Shown here in pieces: positions 1 to 10,744 of a stretch of DNA of 64,000 nt. Below the pieces are notes generated by a model. That model made no database searches. It was not told the DNA's origin and worked only from the letters and a program-made list of their open reading frames with translations. Both the position numbers and the translations under genes were made by a program. Numbering within the stretch: the stretch's first letter is position 1; each line of letters opens with the position of its first letter. Source of the DNA: a candidate division FCPU426 bacterium (GTDB taxonomy: Bacteria > Oederibacteriota > Muellerivitia > Muellerivitales > Muellerivitaceae); the NCBI GenBank assembly GCA_963719085.1, contig CAVRAL010000004.1:96001-160000 (forward strand), written 5' to 3'.

Positions 1-75
1 CAAGGTTTTCACCGAGACAAAAAAGTAAAGCCCGGTTAGCCGAAAGTCGATGGCGTGGAAAGTCCTATTTCGCTT

Positions 76-84
76 TGTTATACT
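76..84 (+). promoter_or_regulatory. extended -10 promoter candidate for bioB
   Basis: TGtTATACT about 40 nt upstream of the ATG. Confidence 0.4.
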
Positions 85-125
85 TCCCGCCTGTTTCATC
101 AACCCAACCCGCTAAAGGACTTCGC

Positions 126-1139
126 ATGATCGCTTCCGGCCTTTCCGCCACTTCTTGGGACCTCCTGGCTCAAAAAGCCATTCAAAAAATAGCCCCCAGC
201 CCCGAGGAAGCTTTATCGATCCTCTCCGCCCCGCGGGAAGAAACCCTTTCCATCGTCCACGCGGCTTATCAAGTGCGCCGTCATTTTCACGGCAATAAGG
301 TCCGCATTCATGTGCTGCAAAACGCGAAATCCGGCGCTTGTCCTGAAGATTGCGGTTTTTGCTCCCAGTCCTCCAAATATCAAACACCCGCTGAGAAATA
401 TCCCATGATGACCGTCGGACAATTGGTCGAGGGCGCCCGAAAAGCCAAAGCCGCCGGCGCCTGGAAATATTGCATGGTGACGGCCACCCGTGGGCCCAGC
501 ACCCGGGACTTAGACGTCATTTGCGAAGCCACCCGTCAAATTAAGGCTGAAGGTGGAATCAAGGTTTGCACTTCCCTGGGCATCCTGACCGAGGAAAAAG
601 CCAAGCGTTTGGCGGAGGCCGGCGTGGACCGCTTTAACCACAATTTGGAAACCTCCAAGCGCCTTTATTCTAAAATTGTTTCCACCCATACTTACGAGGA
701 CCGCGTCCAAACCACCCAATACGCCAAACAAGCCGGCATGGATATTTGCTCCGGCGGCATTATCGGTTTGGGCGAGGAAATGGAAGATGTGATTGAGCTC
801 TGCTTCGCCCTGCGGCGGATCGGCGCCGATTCGGTTCCCGTCAATTTTTTAGATCCCCGTCCCGGAACCCCGATGGCGTCAGGAACCACTGTCGAGCCTT
901 ATTACGCTCTACGGGTGCTCGCTCTTTTTCGCTTCGTGCATCCCGATGTCGATCTTCGGTCCGCGGGAGGCCGGGAAGTCACCTTCCGTTCGCTCCAGCC
1001 TTTGGTTCTTTACATGGTCAACTCTATTTTCACCAATGGTTACTTGACGACGGATGGCCAAGGCGAGAATGCCGACCATCAAATGATTAAGGACATGGGA
1101 ATGGTTCCCCAAATTGTCGGGGGAGAATTCAACGCGTAA
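126..1139 (+). CDS. bioB: biotin synthase (radical SAM)
   Basis: NAKSGACPEDCGFCSQS (CxxxCxxC), FNHNLETS, C-terminal NSIFTNGYLTT; ATG at 126 preceded by AAGGAC, preferred over TTG at 75. Confidence 0.97.
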   Translation: MIASGLSATSWDLLAQKAIQKIAPSPEEALSILSAPREETLSIVHAAYQVRRHFHGNKVRIHVLQNAKSGACPEDCGFCSQSSKYQTPAEKYPMMTVGQLVEGARKAKAAGAWKYCMVTATRGPSTRDLDVICEATRQIKAEGGIKVCTSLGILTEEKAKRLAEAGVDRFNHNLETSKRLYSKIVSTHTYEDRVQTTQYAKQAGMDICSGGIIGLGEEMEDVIELCFALRRIGADSVPVNFLDPRPGTPMASGTTVEPYYALRVLALFRFVHPDVDLRSAGGREVTFRSLQPLVLYMVNSIFTNGYLTTDGQGENADHQMIKDMGMVPQIVGGEFNA

Positions 1140-1170
1140 ATTTCGAGTAGAAGCGACACGATAAAAGAAG

Positions 1171-1215
1171 CTTAAAATAAAAAGGCCCCTTCCACAGGGG
1201 CCTTTTTATTTTAAG
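1171..1215. terminator. bidirectional intrinsic terminator
   Basis: Perfect 20-bp inverted repeat cttaaaataaaaaggcccct-tccac-aggggcctttttattttaag between convergent genes. Confidence 0.93.
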
Positions 1216-1230
1216 TCCTCTCGTCCTGGA

Positions 1231-4200
1231 TTAATGCAGGATCGCCAACCGGGTCACTTGCCGCTGGCTGCTGCCGCTGGAGTTCGTCATCACGATATCC
1301 GCGATATAAAGGCCGCTGGCCAATCGAGAAATGTCCAAGGTGTAAAGGCCTCCGCCCGTGTTGACCAAGGGCGGCAGGGACGTCAACTCACCCGCCAGGG
1401 TATAAAGCCGGACCGATAGGCTCAAGGAAGCGGTGGGATCCTTGAAGGTCACCAGGTTTCCGTAAACCGAGGGATTGGTCGGGTTCGGATAAACCGTAAT
1501 GCCTGAGTTGGTCACCTGGGTGGAAACCGGCATCACCACGACGGATTGGCTGAATTCCGACTCATTTCCCTGTCCATCGGTGGACTTAATCTCGAAATAA
1601 TATTGACCCGCGCTGACAATTTGTCCGGCGTCATTTCGACCGTCCCACAAAAAGGAAACGCCCGAGGACAAGGACAAAGTCGTTGTATCGTTCGTTCCGC
1701 CAAGATTACTAGGCGTGATGACCGAATTGGATATCTGGGCGTTGCTGGAGAGCGCCATCGAATCCACTTCGGTCTGGGCCAATTGACGCACTTCCTCGCC
1801 CGCGCTGTTAAAGACGAGGACTTGAAGCTGGGCGACTTTGCGGTTCACGACCGCCGGCTGGGTGACGGAGGTGACATTGCCCATGGGGTCCGCGCTGTCG
1901 ATTTTAATATAGTATTGCCCGTTATTGACCGGCTGCCCGGCGTTGTTGGTCCCGTCCCAAATCCCGATATTCGTTCCCTGGAAAATGATATTAATCTTGT
2001 CTTCCAAGGTGGCGATGATGTTCGAAGTCGATAAGGTCACATTTTGAATGGGGAATGAATACTGGGTGATGGAAATGGTTTTCACGATTTCACCCGCCGA
2101 ATTAAACACGTTGATGCGGACCGTGTAGGCGCCCGACACCGTCACCGGTGCCTGCACCACTTGGGGCGTGGGGTTCGCGGAATAAGAAAGCGCGGCCTGG
2201 TTCTTTAACACGGTGCCGCCCGTGTCCAACAAGTTGACTTGGGCGATGTAAGGCAAGGTGAAGGTACCCGGACCTAAAGTCGGGAAAGTCCAGACCAACA
2301 AAGTCCCCGTGCCGGGGGTGGGCCCCGCCGTGGGCAAGCTCACGACTGTCGGGGCCGGCACGCTGGAAGATGAAATATAAGTCATGCCGGCGGGAACCGT
2401 ATCCGTCACCGTGACGCCGGTGGCGGCGCTCGGCTCAATATCCAAACCGATGTTATAGGTAACCTGGTCCCCGGCGGCGGGTTGGGTGTTGGAAGCCGTT
2501 TTATGGATCCCCACCAAAATCACCGGTGTGTTGGTGGCCGTGGGGCTGTTGGTGGGAGTGGGGGTAAAGGTCGCGGTCACAGTGAATGTGGCTGTGGGTG
2601 TCAGCGTGGGCGTCGGCGTAAAGGTGGCGGTCGCGGACGGAACCGGCGTGAAAGTATTGGTCGCGGTATTCGTGACAGTCGGCGTAAAGGTATCCGTGGG
2701 CGAGAAAGTGGGCGTAAAGCTATTGGTCGGAGTAAAGGTGGGTGTCACGGTCGCTGAAGGCACAGGAGTGGGCGTGTCGGTCGGGGTATCGGTAGGCGTT
2801 ATTGTATTGGTCGGAGTCGGGCTGTTGGTCGGAGTCGGTGAAGGCGAAGGCGTGGGGGAAGGGGTCGGTGTGGGCGTATTTGTCGGGGTATTCGTGGGAG
2901 TCGGAGTGGCCGTGTTTGTGGGCGAAGGCGTTGGGGTTTTAGTCGGCGTCGTGGTCGGTGTATACGTGGGCGTCTGGGTCGGAGTCTGGGTCGGGGTGTT
3001 TGTGGGTGTGGGCGATGGGGTTCTTGTGGGAGTTGGGGTCGGGGTAAAGGTATTCGTGGGGGTTGGCGTCGGCGTAGGCGTGGAGCATAAAATAGTGGCG
3101 GTTACCGCGTTGGAGGTTACCGCGTTGGCGCCCAAGGATTGGATGAAAGCCGTGTTCGTGATGCCGCTTTCGCCCGCGCAGGAAACCGGACCCCACCAAG
3201 TGACCCCGCCGTTCAAGTTATAAATCGTGCCGGGAAAATTCCAAACGAGCGTGGAAGGCCCGCCCGGACCGGTGATATTGCCTCCCGCGCCGGTGGTGAC
3301 CTCGCCTGAATAAGTCACTCCGGGCGGAACCGGATCCGTCAGCTTGCCGTTCACCACGGCAAAGCCCGTGTAATACTTCAGATTGCTGTAGTAATCATCC
3401 CCGGAGGAACCGTCCGCCTGCCAGCCCATCTGATAACCCGTATCGGTACAGGAAGGATTGGACGTGGTGTTTTCAACCACCGTCATTTGCCAATTGCTGG
3501 GCGGCGTGGTGCCCCTAGGCCAAACTTTCGCTTGGATCGTAATGGGGCCCGTTCCAGTCACTAAAGCCTCTTCCGTATACCAAACGCCCGCCGTGATGTT
3601 GGTTCCGATCGCCGCGTTGGCGGCCGTCGCGGGGAATGTCACCACACCCGGACCGTTGTTTTCTTGCAGGAAGAAATTGCCAGGGCCCGTATCCAGGGAA
3701 ATCCCCAGCATATAACCTTTTTGGGTCCCGGGGTCAAAAGCCACCACCATGGTCGCGTCGCCGCCGCTGTCATAACCGGGCGGAATTTCCAAATCACCTT
3801 CCACCATGAAATCGCCGGAGCAGAGATTGATGTTGGGGCTGCTGCGCAAAAGCGCGGGATAGTTGCCGTTCGTTCCCGATCCCGTATAGGCGTTGATGTA
3901 ATGATTGCCTTGGGCGTCACTTTGAACCGTGAAAGTTCCCGTTCCGCCGGTCGTGTTGTAATTGTATCCGGTTCCGTCATATCCATTCACGCCGGCGTTT
4001 GTGGTTCCCGTCCCCACATTGTCGTAAGAATCATAAAGCTGAAGATTGAGTCCGCTGATTTGATAAGTCAATCCGTAGGTGATGATGTCCCCGGGATTTT
4101 CGGCAAGAGTCGAAACCACGCTGTCTTGGGTTTTGGTCAAGGTGAAGCCCGCCTCATTCACGTTGGCTTGGGCCACATTAGACGTCACCGATCCGGTCGC

Positions 4201-5052
4201 CGCGGAAGTCGCACTGGCTTGGTTCGTGATAGCCGTCCCGGTCGCCACGCCGCCGTTCACCTGGGTCAAAAACCAAACCTCGCCCGAAGTAGCCGGAAGG
4301 CTGGCGGGCAAAATCCAAGTGATCGTTGATCCTGATAAAGTTCCACCCGGGCTGATGGCGCTGGCCGTAGGGCTGACTAAACTGACATTGGCCGGAATGG
4401 TATCCTTGATGGTCACGGGTCCGGTGTTTCCATAAGTGTAGTCAATCCGGAAAAGGACCAAGTTGCCGTCGTTCGGGGAAGTTCCATCCGCTATTTTAAG
4501 AAGGCTTAAGTTCGCCGGCGGATAAGGTATATTGACAACCGCGGAGGTATGGGCCACCACGCCCGAGTTACATTGGACGTAATAATCCCCCGCCGACACA
4601 TCCAGATTATAAGCCCCCGCGTTCAGGGTGCTGGGAATGGTGACATTAAAAACCTGCGTGTAGGGACAAGGCAAAGGGCTATTGGGAACCGGCACGCCGG
4701 CCCATCCATTCCCCCCTGGATCACTCACATCATTTCGCGCGGAAGAAACCACGCTCACGCCCGTAGGAGTGGTTCCGCCGTCCACCAAAAGCGCTTGGTT
4801 CGCGGCCGGGCAGGCTTGAATAGTGTTTGAAGACGGGTTCAATGCCACCAACCAATAGGGGGTTACGTTGGCGGTCTCACAATAGGTCACCGTCACCGCG
4901 ACCACCGAACCCGGCGAGGGATTGGCGTTTGAAATTTGAATGTTAGAAATGCTCACGGCGGCCGAAACCAAACCAGGGCATAGCCAACAAAGCACCAACC
5001 CCATGGCGGAAAGACGATTAAATCGTTTTGAGATGTCTTTTAAAAACTTCAT
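1231..5052 (-). CDS. large secreted surface protein: signal peptide, DUF11-like repeats, beta-rich middle domain, Pro/Thr linker, two FlgD-Ig-like domains, T9SS type-A-like C-terminal sorting domain
   Basis: MKFLK...LVSA signal; DUF11-like 'LTKT..PGDIITY' and '[29 protein letters not shown]'; ~190-aa PT linker; two 'VFNSAGE..WDG.N.AGQ.V..GQYY' units; terminal '[29 protein letters not shown]'. Confidence 0.85.
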   Translation of the reverse strand: MKFLKDISKRFNRLSAMGLVLCWLCPGLVSAAVSISNIQISNANPSPGSVVAVTVTYCETANVTPYWLVALNPSSNTIQACPAANQALLVDGGTTPTGVSVVSSARNDVSDPGGNGWAGVPVPNSPLPCPYTQVFNVTIPSTLNAGAYNLDVSAGDYYVQCNSGVVAHTSAVVNIPYPPANLSLLKIADGTSPNDGNLVLFRIDYTYGNTGPVTIKDTIPANVSLVSPTASAISPGGTLSGSTITWILPASLPATSGEVWFLTQVNGGVATGTAITNQASATSAATGSVTSNVAQANVNEAGFTLTKTQDSVVSTLAENPGDIITYGLTYQISGLNLQLYDSYDNVGTGTTNAGVNGYDGTGYNYNTTGGTGTFTVQSDAQGNHYINAYTGSGTNGNYPALLRSSPNINLCSGDFMVEGDLEIPPGYDSGGDATMVVAFDPGTQKGYMLGISLDTGPGNFFLQENNGPGVVTFPATAANAAIGTNITAGVWYTEEALVTGTGPITIQAKVWPRGTTPPSNWQMTVVENTTSNPSCTDTGYQMGWQADGSSGDDYYSNLKYYTGFAVVNGKLTDPVPPGVTYSGEVTTGAGGNITGPGGPSTLVWNFPGTIYNLNGGVTWWGPVSCAGESGITNTAFIQSLGANAVTSNAVTATILCSTPTPTPTPTNTFTPTPTPTRTPSPTPTNTPTQTPTQTPTYTPTTTPTKTPTPSPTNTATPTPTNTPTNTPTPTPSPTPSPSPTPTNSPTPTNTITPTDTPTDTPTPVPSATVTPTFTPTNSFTPTFSPTDTFTPTVTNTATNTFTPVPSATATFTPTPTLTPTATFTVTATFTPTPTNSPTATNTPVILVGIHKTASNTQPAAGDQVTYNIGLDIEPSAATGVTVTDTVPAGMTYISSSSVPAPTVVSLPTAGPTPGTGTLLVWTFPTLGPGTFTLPYIAQVNLLDTGGTVLKNQAALSYSANPTPQVVQAPVTVSGAYTVRINVFNSAGEIVKTISITQYSFPIQNVTLSTSNIIATLEDKINIIFQGTNIGIWDGTNNAGQPVNNGQYYIKIDSADPMGNVTSVTQPAVVNRKVAQLQVLVFNSAGEEVRQLAQTEVDSMALSSNAQISNSVITPSNLGGTNDTTTLSLSSGVSFLWDGRNDAGQIVSAGQYYFEIKSTDGQGNESEFSQSVVVMPVSTQVTNSGITVYPNPTNPSVYGNLVTFKDPTASLSLSVRLYTLAGELTSLPPLVNTGGGLYTLDISRLASGLYIADIVMTNSSGSSQRQVTRLAILH
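2521..3084 (-). repeat. low-complexity coding repeat (Pro-Thr linker)
   Basis: (TP)n / TPTNT / TFTPT repeats in translation, codon-diversified in the DNA. Confidence 0.95.
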
Positions 5053-5101
5053 AGGCTCGACCTTGTTCAAACAATTTGAAGGGTAATCGAAGTTTCTAAG
5101 G

Positions 5102-5118
5102 TGCATTTTCCCTGCCAA
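5102..5118 (-). promoter_or_regulatory. sigma-54 (-24/-12) promoter candidate
   Basis: Minus strand TTGGCAGGGAAAATGCA has GG-N10-GC spacing, ~50 nt before ATG 5052, with AT-rich DNA upstream. Confidence 0.5.
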
Positions 5119-5399
5119 ACCTAACGGCTAACCACACTCAAAGATGAAGGGGTTTTAACAATAAAACCTCAATGGAAAACCTTTATATACCCGTAAATGT
5201 CACTTTTCCACCGATTAAGTCAAAAAGATACTCATTTTAACGTCTAACTAGGTGGCAATTTAAGACAAAAGCCTATAAAGAAAAGGGGTTCAAACTCCTT
5301 ACTCCAGTGAGTCCAAGCGTTTTGATATTCCAGCCAAAATAGATGCTCCGCCAAATCCCGATAAACCAAGGTCCGGGCTGATCCACCCAGCTATTTCCC

Positions 5400-6470
5400 T
5401 CAAGTCTTTTGAGCGATTAAAAGTTCCTTTATTTGGTTCAAAACTTTGGAAGGATTTATCCGGGTCAGGCATTCCTGGTAGCCATTCGCCCCCGAAAGCG
5501 GTTCCCGAGGGTTGGGGCAAATGGTTTTATCGCAAGGGCCGCATTCGGGCGCGTCCTGCAAAAACCGGTGGCGGGGATCACCGGGTTTGTTCCAAGAAAT
5601 ACCCCAAGTGGGTCCGAAAAGCGTCAAGCTCTTAACGCCCAAGGCCTGCGCCATATGTTGCGGCGCCCCGTCGTTCCCCACCAAAAGATCGAGCGATGAA
5701 ATAATTCCCGCCAATTGACGCAGGCCGGTCGCGGGTGCCGGGATGACCTTGTCCTCCAACCCTTGAATTATTTCAGCCAGAAGGGATTCATCGCCGGGCC
5801 CAGTTAAAAGCAGCGGCTTCACTTCCAATTGCCGCCAGGTTTTTAAAATCAACTCCCGCCATAAAACCGCGGGCCATCGCTTGGCGGACCAAGTGCCGGT
5901 TGGATTAAATCCGATTTTTGTTTTTTTCGCGTCACCCAGCCCAATGGTTCGCAGAAGGTTTTTCGCCGCCTTCCTTTCCCCGTCGGTTAAAAAAATCTCG
6001 GTGTCGATTCCGGCGCCGGGAATTCCCAAATGCCGAATCACGTCTAAATTGACTTCCACTTGGTACTTACGAATCCGGTTCATCGGCACCGGGTGGGTAT
6101 AGGCCCACTTGCGCCCGCGATAAGCGTAACCGGCCCTTGTCGGGGCCCCCGACAGCAAGGCTATCCAAGCGCTCCGTGGATTGCCAAAAAGATCAAAAAC
6201 CAAATCATAACGCGTTTGGCGCAATTGCTTGATGAATTCCCATTGGGCGAAAAGCGAAACGCCTTTGGCCGGCGCGGTTAACACCCTCGTCAATCGGGGA
6301 TTGTTTTGAAGAAGCTGGGCGGGGATCGGATCGGCCAAAAAGTCAATTTGGGCTTTCGGATAGGCCGCGCGAAGGGCCCGGATCAGGGGCGTGCAAAGCA
6401 CCACATCCCCAATCGCCTTCAGCCGGATGAAAAGAATTTTTTCAGGCGCGGTCGAGAGCACGGGCTTCAA
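5400..6470 (-). CDS. glycosyltransferase family 9 (heptosyltransferase-like)
   Basis: IRLKAIGDVV, AKRWP, LVGNDGAPQHMAQA, LFGPT, CGPC..C motifs. Confidence 0.93.
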   Translation of the reverse strand: MKPVLSTAPEKILFIRLKAIGDVVLCTPLIRALRAAYPKAQIDFLADPIPAQLLQNNPRLTRVLTAPAKGVSLFAQWEFIKQLRQTRYDLVFDLFGNPRSAWIALLSGAPTRAGYAYRGRKWAYTHPVPMNRIRKYQVEVNLDVIRHLGIPGAGIDTEIFLTDGERKAAKNLLRTIGLGDAKKTKIGFNPTGTWSAKRWPAVLWRELILKTWRQLEVKPLLLTGPGDESLLAEIIQGLEDKVIPAPATGLRQLAGIISSLDLLVGNDGAPQHMAQALGVKSLTLFGPTWGISWNKPGDPRHRFLQDAPECGPCDKTICPNPREPLSGANGYQECLTRINPSKVLNQIKELLIAQKT

Positions 6471-6471
6471 T

Positions 6472-6510
6472 AAAAAAAACCGGACAGGCTCTTCCCCATC
6501 CGGCTTTTAA
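6472..6510 (-). terminator. possible intrinsic terminator after ilvE
   Basis: Imperfect hairpin AAAGCCG-ATGGG...CCTGT-CCGGTTT followed by a T run on the minus strand. Confidence 0.45.
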
Positions 6511-6552
6511 AATAAAAATTAAACGTCAACCCGCTGCGGCGAGCCATGTCCG

Positions 6553-7467
6553 TTAGACCCGGGTGAACCAATCAAATTTATCCGCGACCTCGCCTTTGAT
6601 GATGTCAAAGAAAGCCTTTTGAACTTTTGTCGTCACGGGCCCGCGTTTGCCGTCCCCGATCATGATATTGTCGATCTTGGAAACCGGCACCATTTCGGCG
6701 GCCGTTCCGGTGAGGAAAACCTCATCGGCGATATAAAGCGATTCGCGCGGCAGTACTTGCTGGCGGATTTCAATTCCCATGTCCCGGGCCAAAACAAAGA
6801 TCGAGTGGCGAGTAATCCCGGCCAAAATCGCCCCGCTGGTGGGCGGCGTGAAAATGACGCCGTTCTTGACCATAAAGACGTTCTCCCCCGACCCTTCGGA
6901 AACGTAACCGTAGTGATCCAAAGCGATCCCCTCGTCGAATCCGTCCTGAACGGCTTCCATCTTGACCAGCTGGGAATTCAAGTAATTGCCCGCGGCCTTC
7001 GCCAAAGCCGGGAAGGTGTTGGGCGCTTGGCGCTGCCAGGAGGAGATGCGCACCGAGATACCCTTGCTGAGGGCTTCCTCGCCCAAATAAGATCCCCAGG
7101 ACCAAGCGGCGATGGCGCATTGCAGGGGGTTTTTCAAGGGATAAAGGCCCATGGCGCCGTAGCCCCGAAACACGAAGGGGCGGATATAGCAGGCCTTGAG
7201 CTTGTTCGTCTTGACGACTTTGACAATGGCGTCGGCGAATTGTTTTTTGGTGTAAGGAATTTCCATGCGGTAAATTTTGGCTGAGTCAAAAAGCCGGTCC
7301 ACATGGGCTTCCAGGCGGAAAATGCCGGGCCCCTGTTTGGTGTGATAGCAGCGCACACCCTCGAAAACGCAGGAACCATAATGGACCGCGTGGGACAAAA
7401 CGTGAATATTGGCTTTTTTCCAATCCACCAGCTTTCCATCCATCCAAATTTTGCCTTTGCCGAACAC
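6553..7467 (-). CDS. ilvE: branched-chain amino acid aminotransferase
   Basis: HYGSCVFEGVRCY, AKAAGNYLNS (PLP lysine), EGSGENVF, LAGITR, GTAAE; GTG start with AGGAG. Confidence 0.97.
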   Translation of the reverse strand: MFGKGKIWMDGKLVDWKKANIHVLSHAVHYGSCVFEGVRCYHTKQGPGIFRLEAHVDRLFDSAKIYRMEIPYTKKQFADAIVKVVKTNKLKACYIRPFVFRGYGAMGLYPLKNPLQCAIAAWSWGSYLGEEALSKGISVRISSWQRQAPNTFPALAKAAGNYLNSQLVKMEAVQDGFDEGIALDHYGYVSEGSGENVFMVKNGVIFTPPTSGAILAGITRHSIFVLARDMGIEIRQQVLPRESLYIADEVFLTGTAAEMVPVSKIDNIMIGDGKRGPVTTKVQKAFFDIIKGEVADKFDWFTRV

Positions 7468-7551
7468 GGGAAACTCCTATTAAGGGAATACTGAAGAGGC
7501 TGCATTATAAGAGCAAATCCAGGTTTTGGGGAGAGGGACTTCCCGCCGCTT

Positions 7552-8595
7552 TTAGGGTTTTTTGAGGGAATTCGACCGGGTCATGTCTAAAACCAATTGG
7601 GCGGCGTCTTGCGCGGTGAGGGCCTTCATACAGGCCATCAACCCGCAGGCGTCCAAGCCGCAGTCGCCGCAGGGAACCGGCGCGTAAAAAAAACGATGGG
7701 GCCTTTCGTAAGGAAACCAAACTTCAGGCACACCGGGGCCAAATATTCCCAAGGTTGGTGTTCCCACGGCCGGGCCCACGTGCATGGGTCCGGCGTCGTT
7801 GGCAATCAGCACATCCGCGGCTTCCACAAAGGCCATCAGTCCCCGCAAAGAAGGCTGTTCGATCAAGATCCAATCCTTATCCATGCGGTCCTTAAATTCC
7901 TCAACCAGTTGTTTTTCTTTCGGGCCGAAAATCGCCAAGATCCGGAAACCCGCGGCCTTTAACCGGGCGCCCAATTCCACGAATTTTTCCAGCTGCCAAT
8001 GTTTAGCCGGCCAGGAGGCTCCCGGCGACAGCACCGCCAATTTTTCCCCGGGGTTTAACCGGGCCCGGTCTAAAAGTTTTCGGGCATAATTTTTTTCCGC
8101 GTCGCTGACTTTTAAAAAAGTCCGGTAAGGCGCCCCCACCTTGGCTCCCAAGGCGCGCGCCTGATCCAAATAGGCTTCGGTCACCGGCCGGCGTCCGGAA
8201 GCATCCGGCGGCGATGACGGCGGCGCCAGCTTCGTATAGGCCCAAGTCCTTCCCCTTAAATCAAACCCGATCCGGGTCTTGGCGCCGGAAAAAAAACTCA
8301 TTTGAGCCGTGCGGGGATTTCCAAAAAGATCCAGGGTCACGTCGAATTTCCGGGAGCGCAATTGGGAGTAAAAATTCCAGAGATAACCCAAATTATTTTT
8401 CCGGGCGGGATCAAAAACAATCACTTCATCCAAGTCCGGATGATGCTCTAAGGCTTGCGCGTAAGGCGCCTCGGCCAAAAAGCAAACTTGAACCCCCGGC
8501 CAGTTTTCTTTTAAAACCGAGGCCAGGCCGGTGGCCAAAACCATATCCCCCAAAAAGCGGGGCCGAAGAATTAAAACCTTGGAAGGCGTGGACAT
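7552..8595 (-). CDS. glycosyltransferase family 9
   Basis: LRPRFLGDMV, ANDAGPMHVGPAVGTP, CGDC; ATG 8595 overlaps the upstream stop. Confidence 0.93.
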   Translation of the reverse strand: MSTPSKVLILRPRFLGDMVLATGLASVLKENWPGVQVCFLAEAPYAQALEHHPDLDEVIVFDPARKNNLGYLWNFYSQLRSRKFDVTLDLFGNPRTAQMSFFSGAKTRIGFDLRGRTWAYTKLAPPSSPPDASGRRPVTEAYLDQARALGAKVGAPYRTFLKVSDAEKNYARKLLDRARLNPGEKLAVLSPGASWPAKHWQLEKFVELGARLKAAGFRILAIFGPKEKQLVEEFKDRMDKDWILIEQPSLRGLMAFVEAADVLIANDAGPMHVGPAVGTPTLGIFGPGVPEVWFPYERPHRFFYAPVPCGDCGLDACGLMACMKALTAQDAAQLVLDMTRSNSLKKP

Positions 8596-9656
8596 CAAGC
8601 CACCGTCGCGGGACCCAGGGTGCCGCGCAAAAGGGCCTTCAGGGTTTTGATCACATCCGCCGGTTTCAGCGAAGTCATGCACTCGTGTTTTCTTTCCACG
8701 CAAACTGAAAGGCCGCAAGGGCGGCAGTCGATCTCGCGTAGGACCAATGGATGGCGGTCCCGGGAATAAGGGTGCCATCGGCTTACCGGCTCAGGTCCCC
8801 AAATGGTCACCGTCGGCGCGCCCACCGCGGCGGCGATATGCCGGGGGCCCGAATCCACGCTTAAAACCGCCCGAGACCTTTGGTAAAGCCCTAAAAGCGG
8901 CGTCAGGGGGCTTCCCGCGTAAACCGGAATTTTTTTTCCCAGCTTATCCTCAATGGGCTTTAATCCGTTTTTTTCCAAAGGGGCGCAGGTGAAAAAAACC
9001 TTAAACCCGTTCCCCAGTAATTCCTGAATCACCGCCGCCCACTTTTCCGGATACCACTCTTTGCTGGGACAACTGGCGAAGGGATTGACGGCCACCACTA
9101 AATCCTGATCCTCAAACCGGTTGGCTTTCCAAAAAGTGTCGGCGAAGCTTAAGGCTTCCGACGGGACGGGCCAAAAACCCCCCGGCCGGTCATAACTTTT
9201 AGCTTCCAGGCCCAATAAACGAAGGACCCGGCTGTCCAGTTCCATGGCCGAGGCTTGGCGCTCGCCTTCCCCCGAAGCCGCCAAGTCATAAAGGGCATTG
9301 ATCCGGGGAAGCCCCAAGCCCAATTTTAAGCCCGCCCCCGACCATTGGATGATTTGGGCGCTTCGATGCGCGGCCGAAAAGTCAATCGCCAGGTCGTAAT
9401 GGCGTTTTTGAAGGGCCCGGACGAGCCGGAAATGTTTCCAAGCGCGGGAGACGAAATGGCGCTGGTCAATCCGGTTGCGGTGATAAGCGAAGACTTCGTT
9501 GGCCCAGCCGGTTTTTTGGAGAAGTTCTTGAGCGGGGGGCTGGACCAACGCCGTAATCCAAGCCTTGGGAAAGGCTTCCCGGATCGCCTCAAATTTTGGA
9601 CCCGCCACGACGACGTCCCCCAGGGGCCTGAGTTTCACGACCAGGATTCGTTTCAC
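8595..9656 (-). CDS. glycosyltransferase family 9
   Basis: VKLRPLGDVV, SVDSGPRHIAAAVG, CRPC; GTG start overlapping the upstream TGA (GTGA). Confidence 0.92.
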   Translation of the reverse strand: MKRILVVKLRPLGDVVVAGPKFEAIREAFPKAWITALVQPPAQELLQKTGWANEVFAYHRNRIDQRHFVSRAWKHFRLVRALQKRHYDLAIDFSAAHRSAQIIQWSGAGLKLGLGLPRINALYDLAASGEGERQASAMELDSRVLRLLGLEAKSYDRPGGFWPVPSEALSFADTFWKANRFEDQDLVVAVNPFASCPSKEWYPEKWAAVIQELLGNGFKVFFTCAPLEKNGLKPIEDKLGKKIPVYAGSPLTPLLGLYQRSRAVLSVDSGPRHIAAAVGAPTVTIWGPEPVSRWHPYSRDRHPLVLREIDCRPCGLSVCVERKHECMTSLKPADVIKTLKALLRGTLGPATVA

Positions 9657-10744
9657 GCCGAAGCTCCACGGCTCAAAAATTCGGGCTTCACCCGGGTCTT
9701 GCCCGCTAATATTTTCCGCATGGATCGCAGAACTTCTTCCACCTGGATTCGGTGAAGGCAGATATAACCGATGGGGCAGGTTTTTTGAAAACAGGGACTG
9801 CATTCGGTTTGGTGATAAATGACCTCATGTCCCAAACCAAAAGGCCGGGTCCAAGCCGGGGAGGTGGATCCAAACAAAGCCACCGTGGGCGTTCCCACCG
9901 CGGCGGCCACATGCATGGGGCCGGTGTCATTGGTGATGAGGAGCTTGCATTGGGAAAGCAGCGCCGCCAATCCGCAAACCGAGGTTTCGCCCGCCATCAA
10001 ATGAACCCGTTTCGCGAAAGTTCCTTTTTTAAAATCGTCCACCAACGGCTTCAGATAAGCCGCTTCTTCCCGCCCGCCTAAAACCAACAAATCTTCCGGC
10101 CGGCTGTCTAAAATTTTTTGAATGGCTTGTTTCCAATAAGGCAGGGGCCAACGTTTGGCCGGGCCGTAAGTGGCGCCCGGCCCCAAGGCGATCCAACCGG
10201 CGCGGGAAAGCCCGTGGCGGCGGATCAGCGCCGCGGCTTCCGATTCACCTGGTTTCGTGGAAGCGTGCAGGGCCCTCTTGGCTTGACTCCCGGACGCGCC
10301 GAAACCTTTTTCCACCAGCCGGAGGTATTCCCGAACCAGATGGGTTCGTCGGGCCCATTCCAAAGGAACAGACTTGGTTAAAAAAGGGCCCCGTCCCTCG
10401 GACCCGTATCCGATCCGCTCCGGGATGCCGGCGGCGAAAAATAAAAAAGCCGAGGAAAAGGAAAGCGGCAGGGTCAACGCGGTGTCGAATTTTTCTTTTT
10501 TCAACTCCCGGGCGGCTTTCCAAAAACCCAAAATCCCGGCATGGCGGCCTTTGGGATCCAGAATAAAAACCGAATCCACACCGGGAAAAGATTTCCAAAA
10601 ATCGGCAAAGGCGGGACGGGCTAAGATCGTCAAACGCGCTTGGGGATAGATTTCACGCGCCCGAATGACCGCCGGCGTCGACATTACACTGTCGCCCAGC
10701 CAATTGGGAACACGGATCAGGATATTCTCCCGGGAAATATTCAA
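9653..10744 (-). CDS. waaF: lipopolysaccharide heptosyltransferase II (GT9)
   Basis: RVPNWLGDSVM, GPGATYGPAKRWP, TNDTGPMHVAAAVG, CSPCFQKTCP typical of the WaaF clade. Confidence 0.88.
   Translation of the reverse strand: MNISRENILIRVPNWLGDSVMSTPAVIRAREIYPQARLTILARPAFADFWKSFPGVDSVFILDPKGRHAGILGFWKAARELKKEKFDTALTLPLSFSSAFLFFAAGIPERIGYGSEGRGPFLTKSVPLEWARRTHLVREYLRLVEKGFGASGSQAKRALHASTKPGESEAAALIRRHGLSRAGWIALGPGATYGPAKRWPLPYWKQAIQKILDSRPEDLLVLGGREEAAYLKPLVDDFKKGTFAKRVHLMAGETSVCGLAALLSQCKLLITNDTGPMHVAAAVGTPTVALFGSTSPAWTRPFGLGHEVIYHQTECSPCFQKTCPIGYICLHRIQVEEVLRSMRKILAGKTRVKPEFLSRGASA

Noticed and set aside
1..125. BirA operator before bioB
   Set aside because: No TGTAAAC-N14/15-GTTTACA-like palindrome in the visible sequence
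2486..3223. 245-aa Val/Gly-rich plus-strand ORF
   Set aside because: Antisense shadow of the Pro/Thr linker codons
5299..5520. 73-aa minus-strand ORF
   Set aside because: Overlaps the GT9 3' end in another frame; no recognisable features
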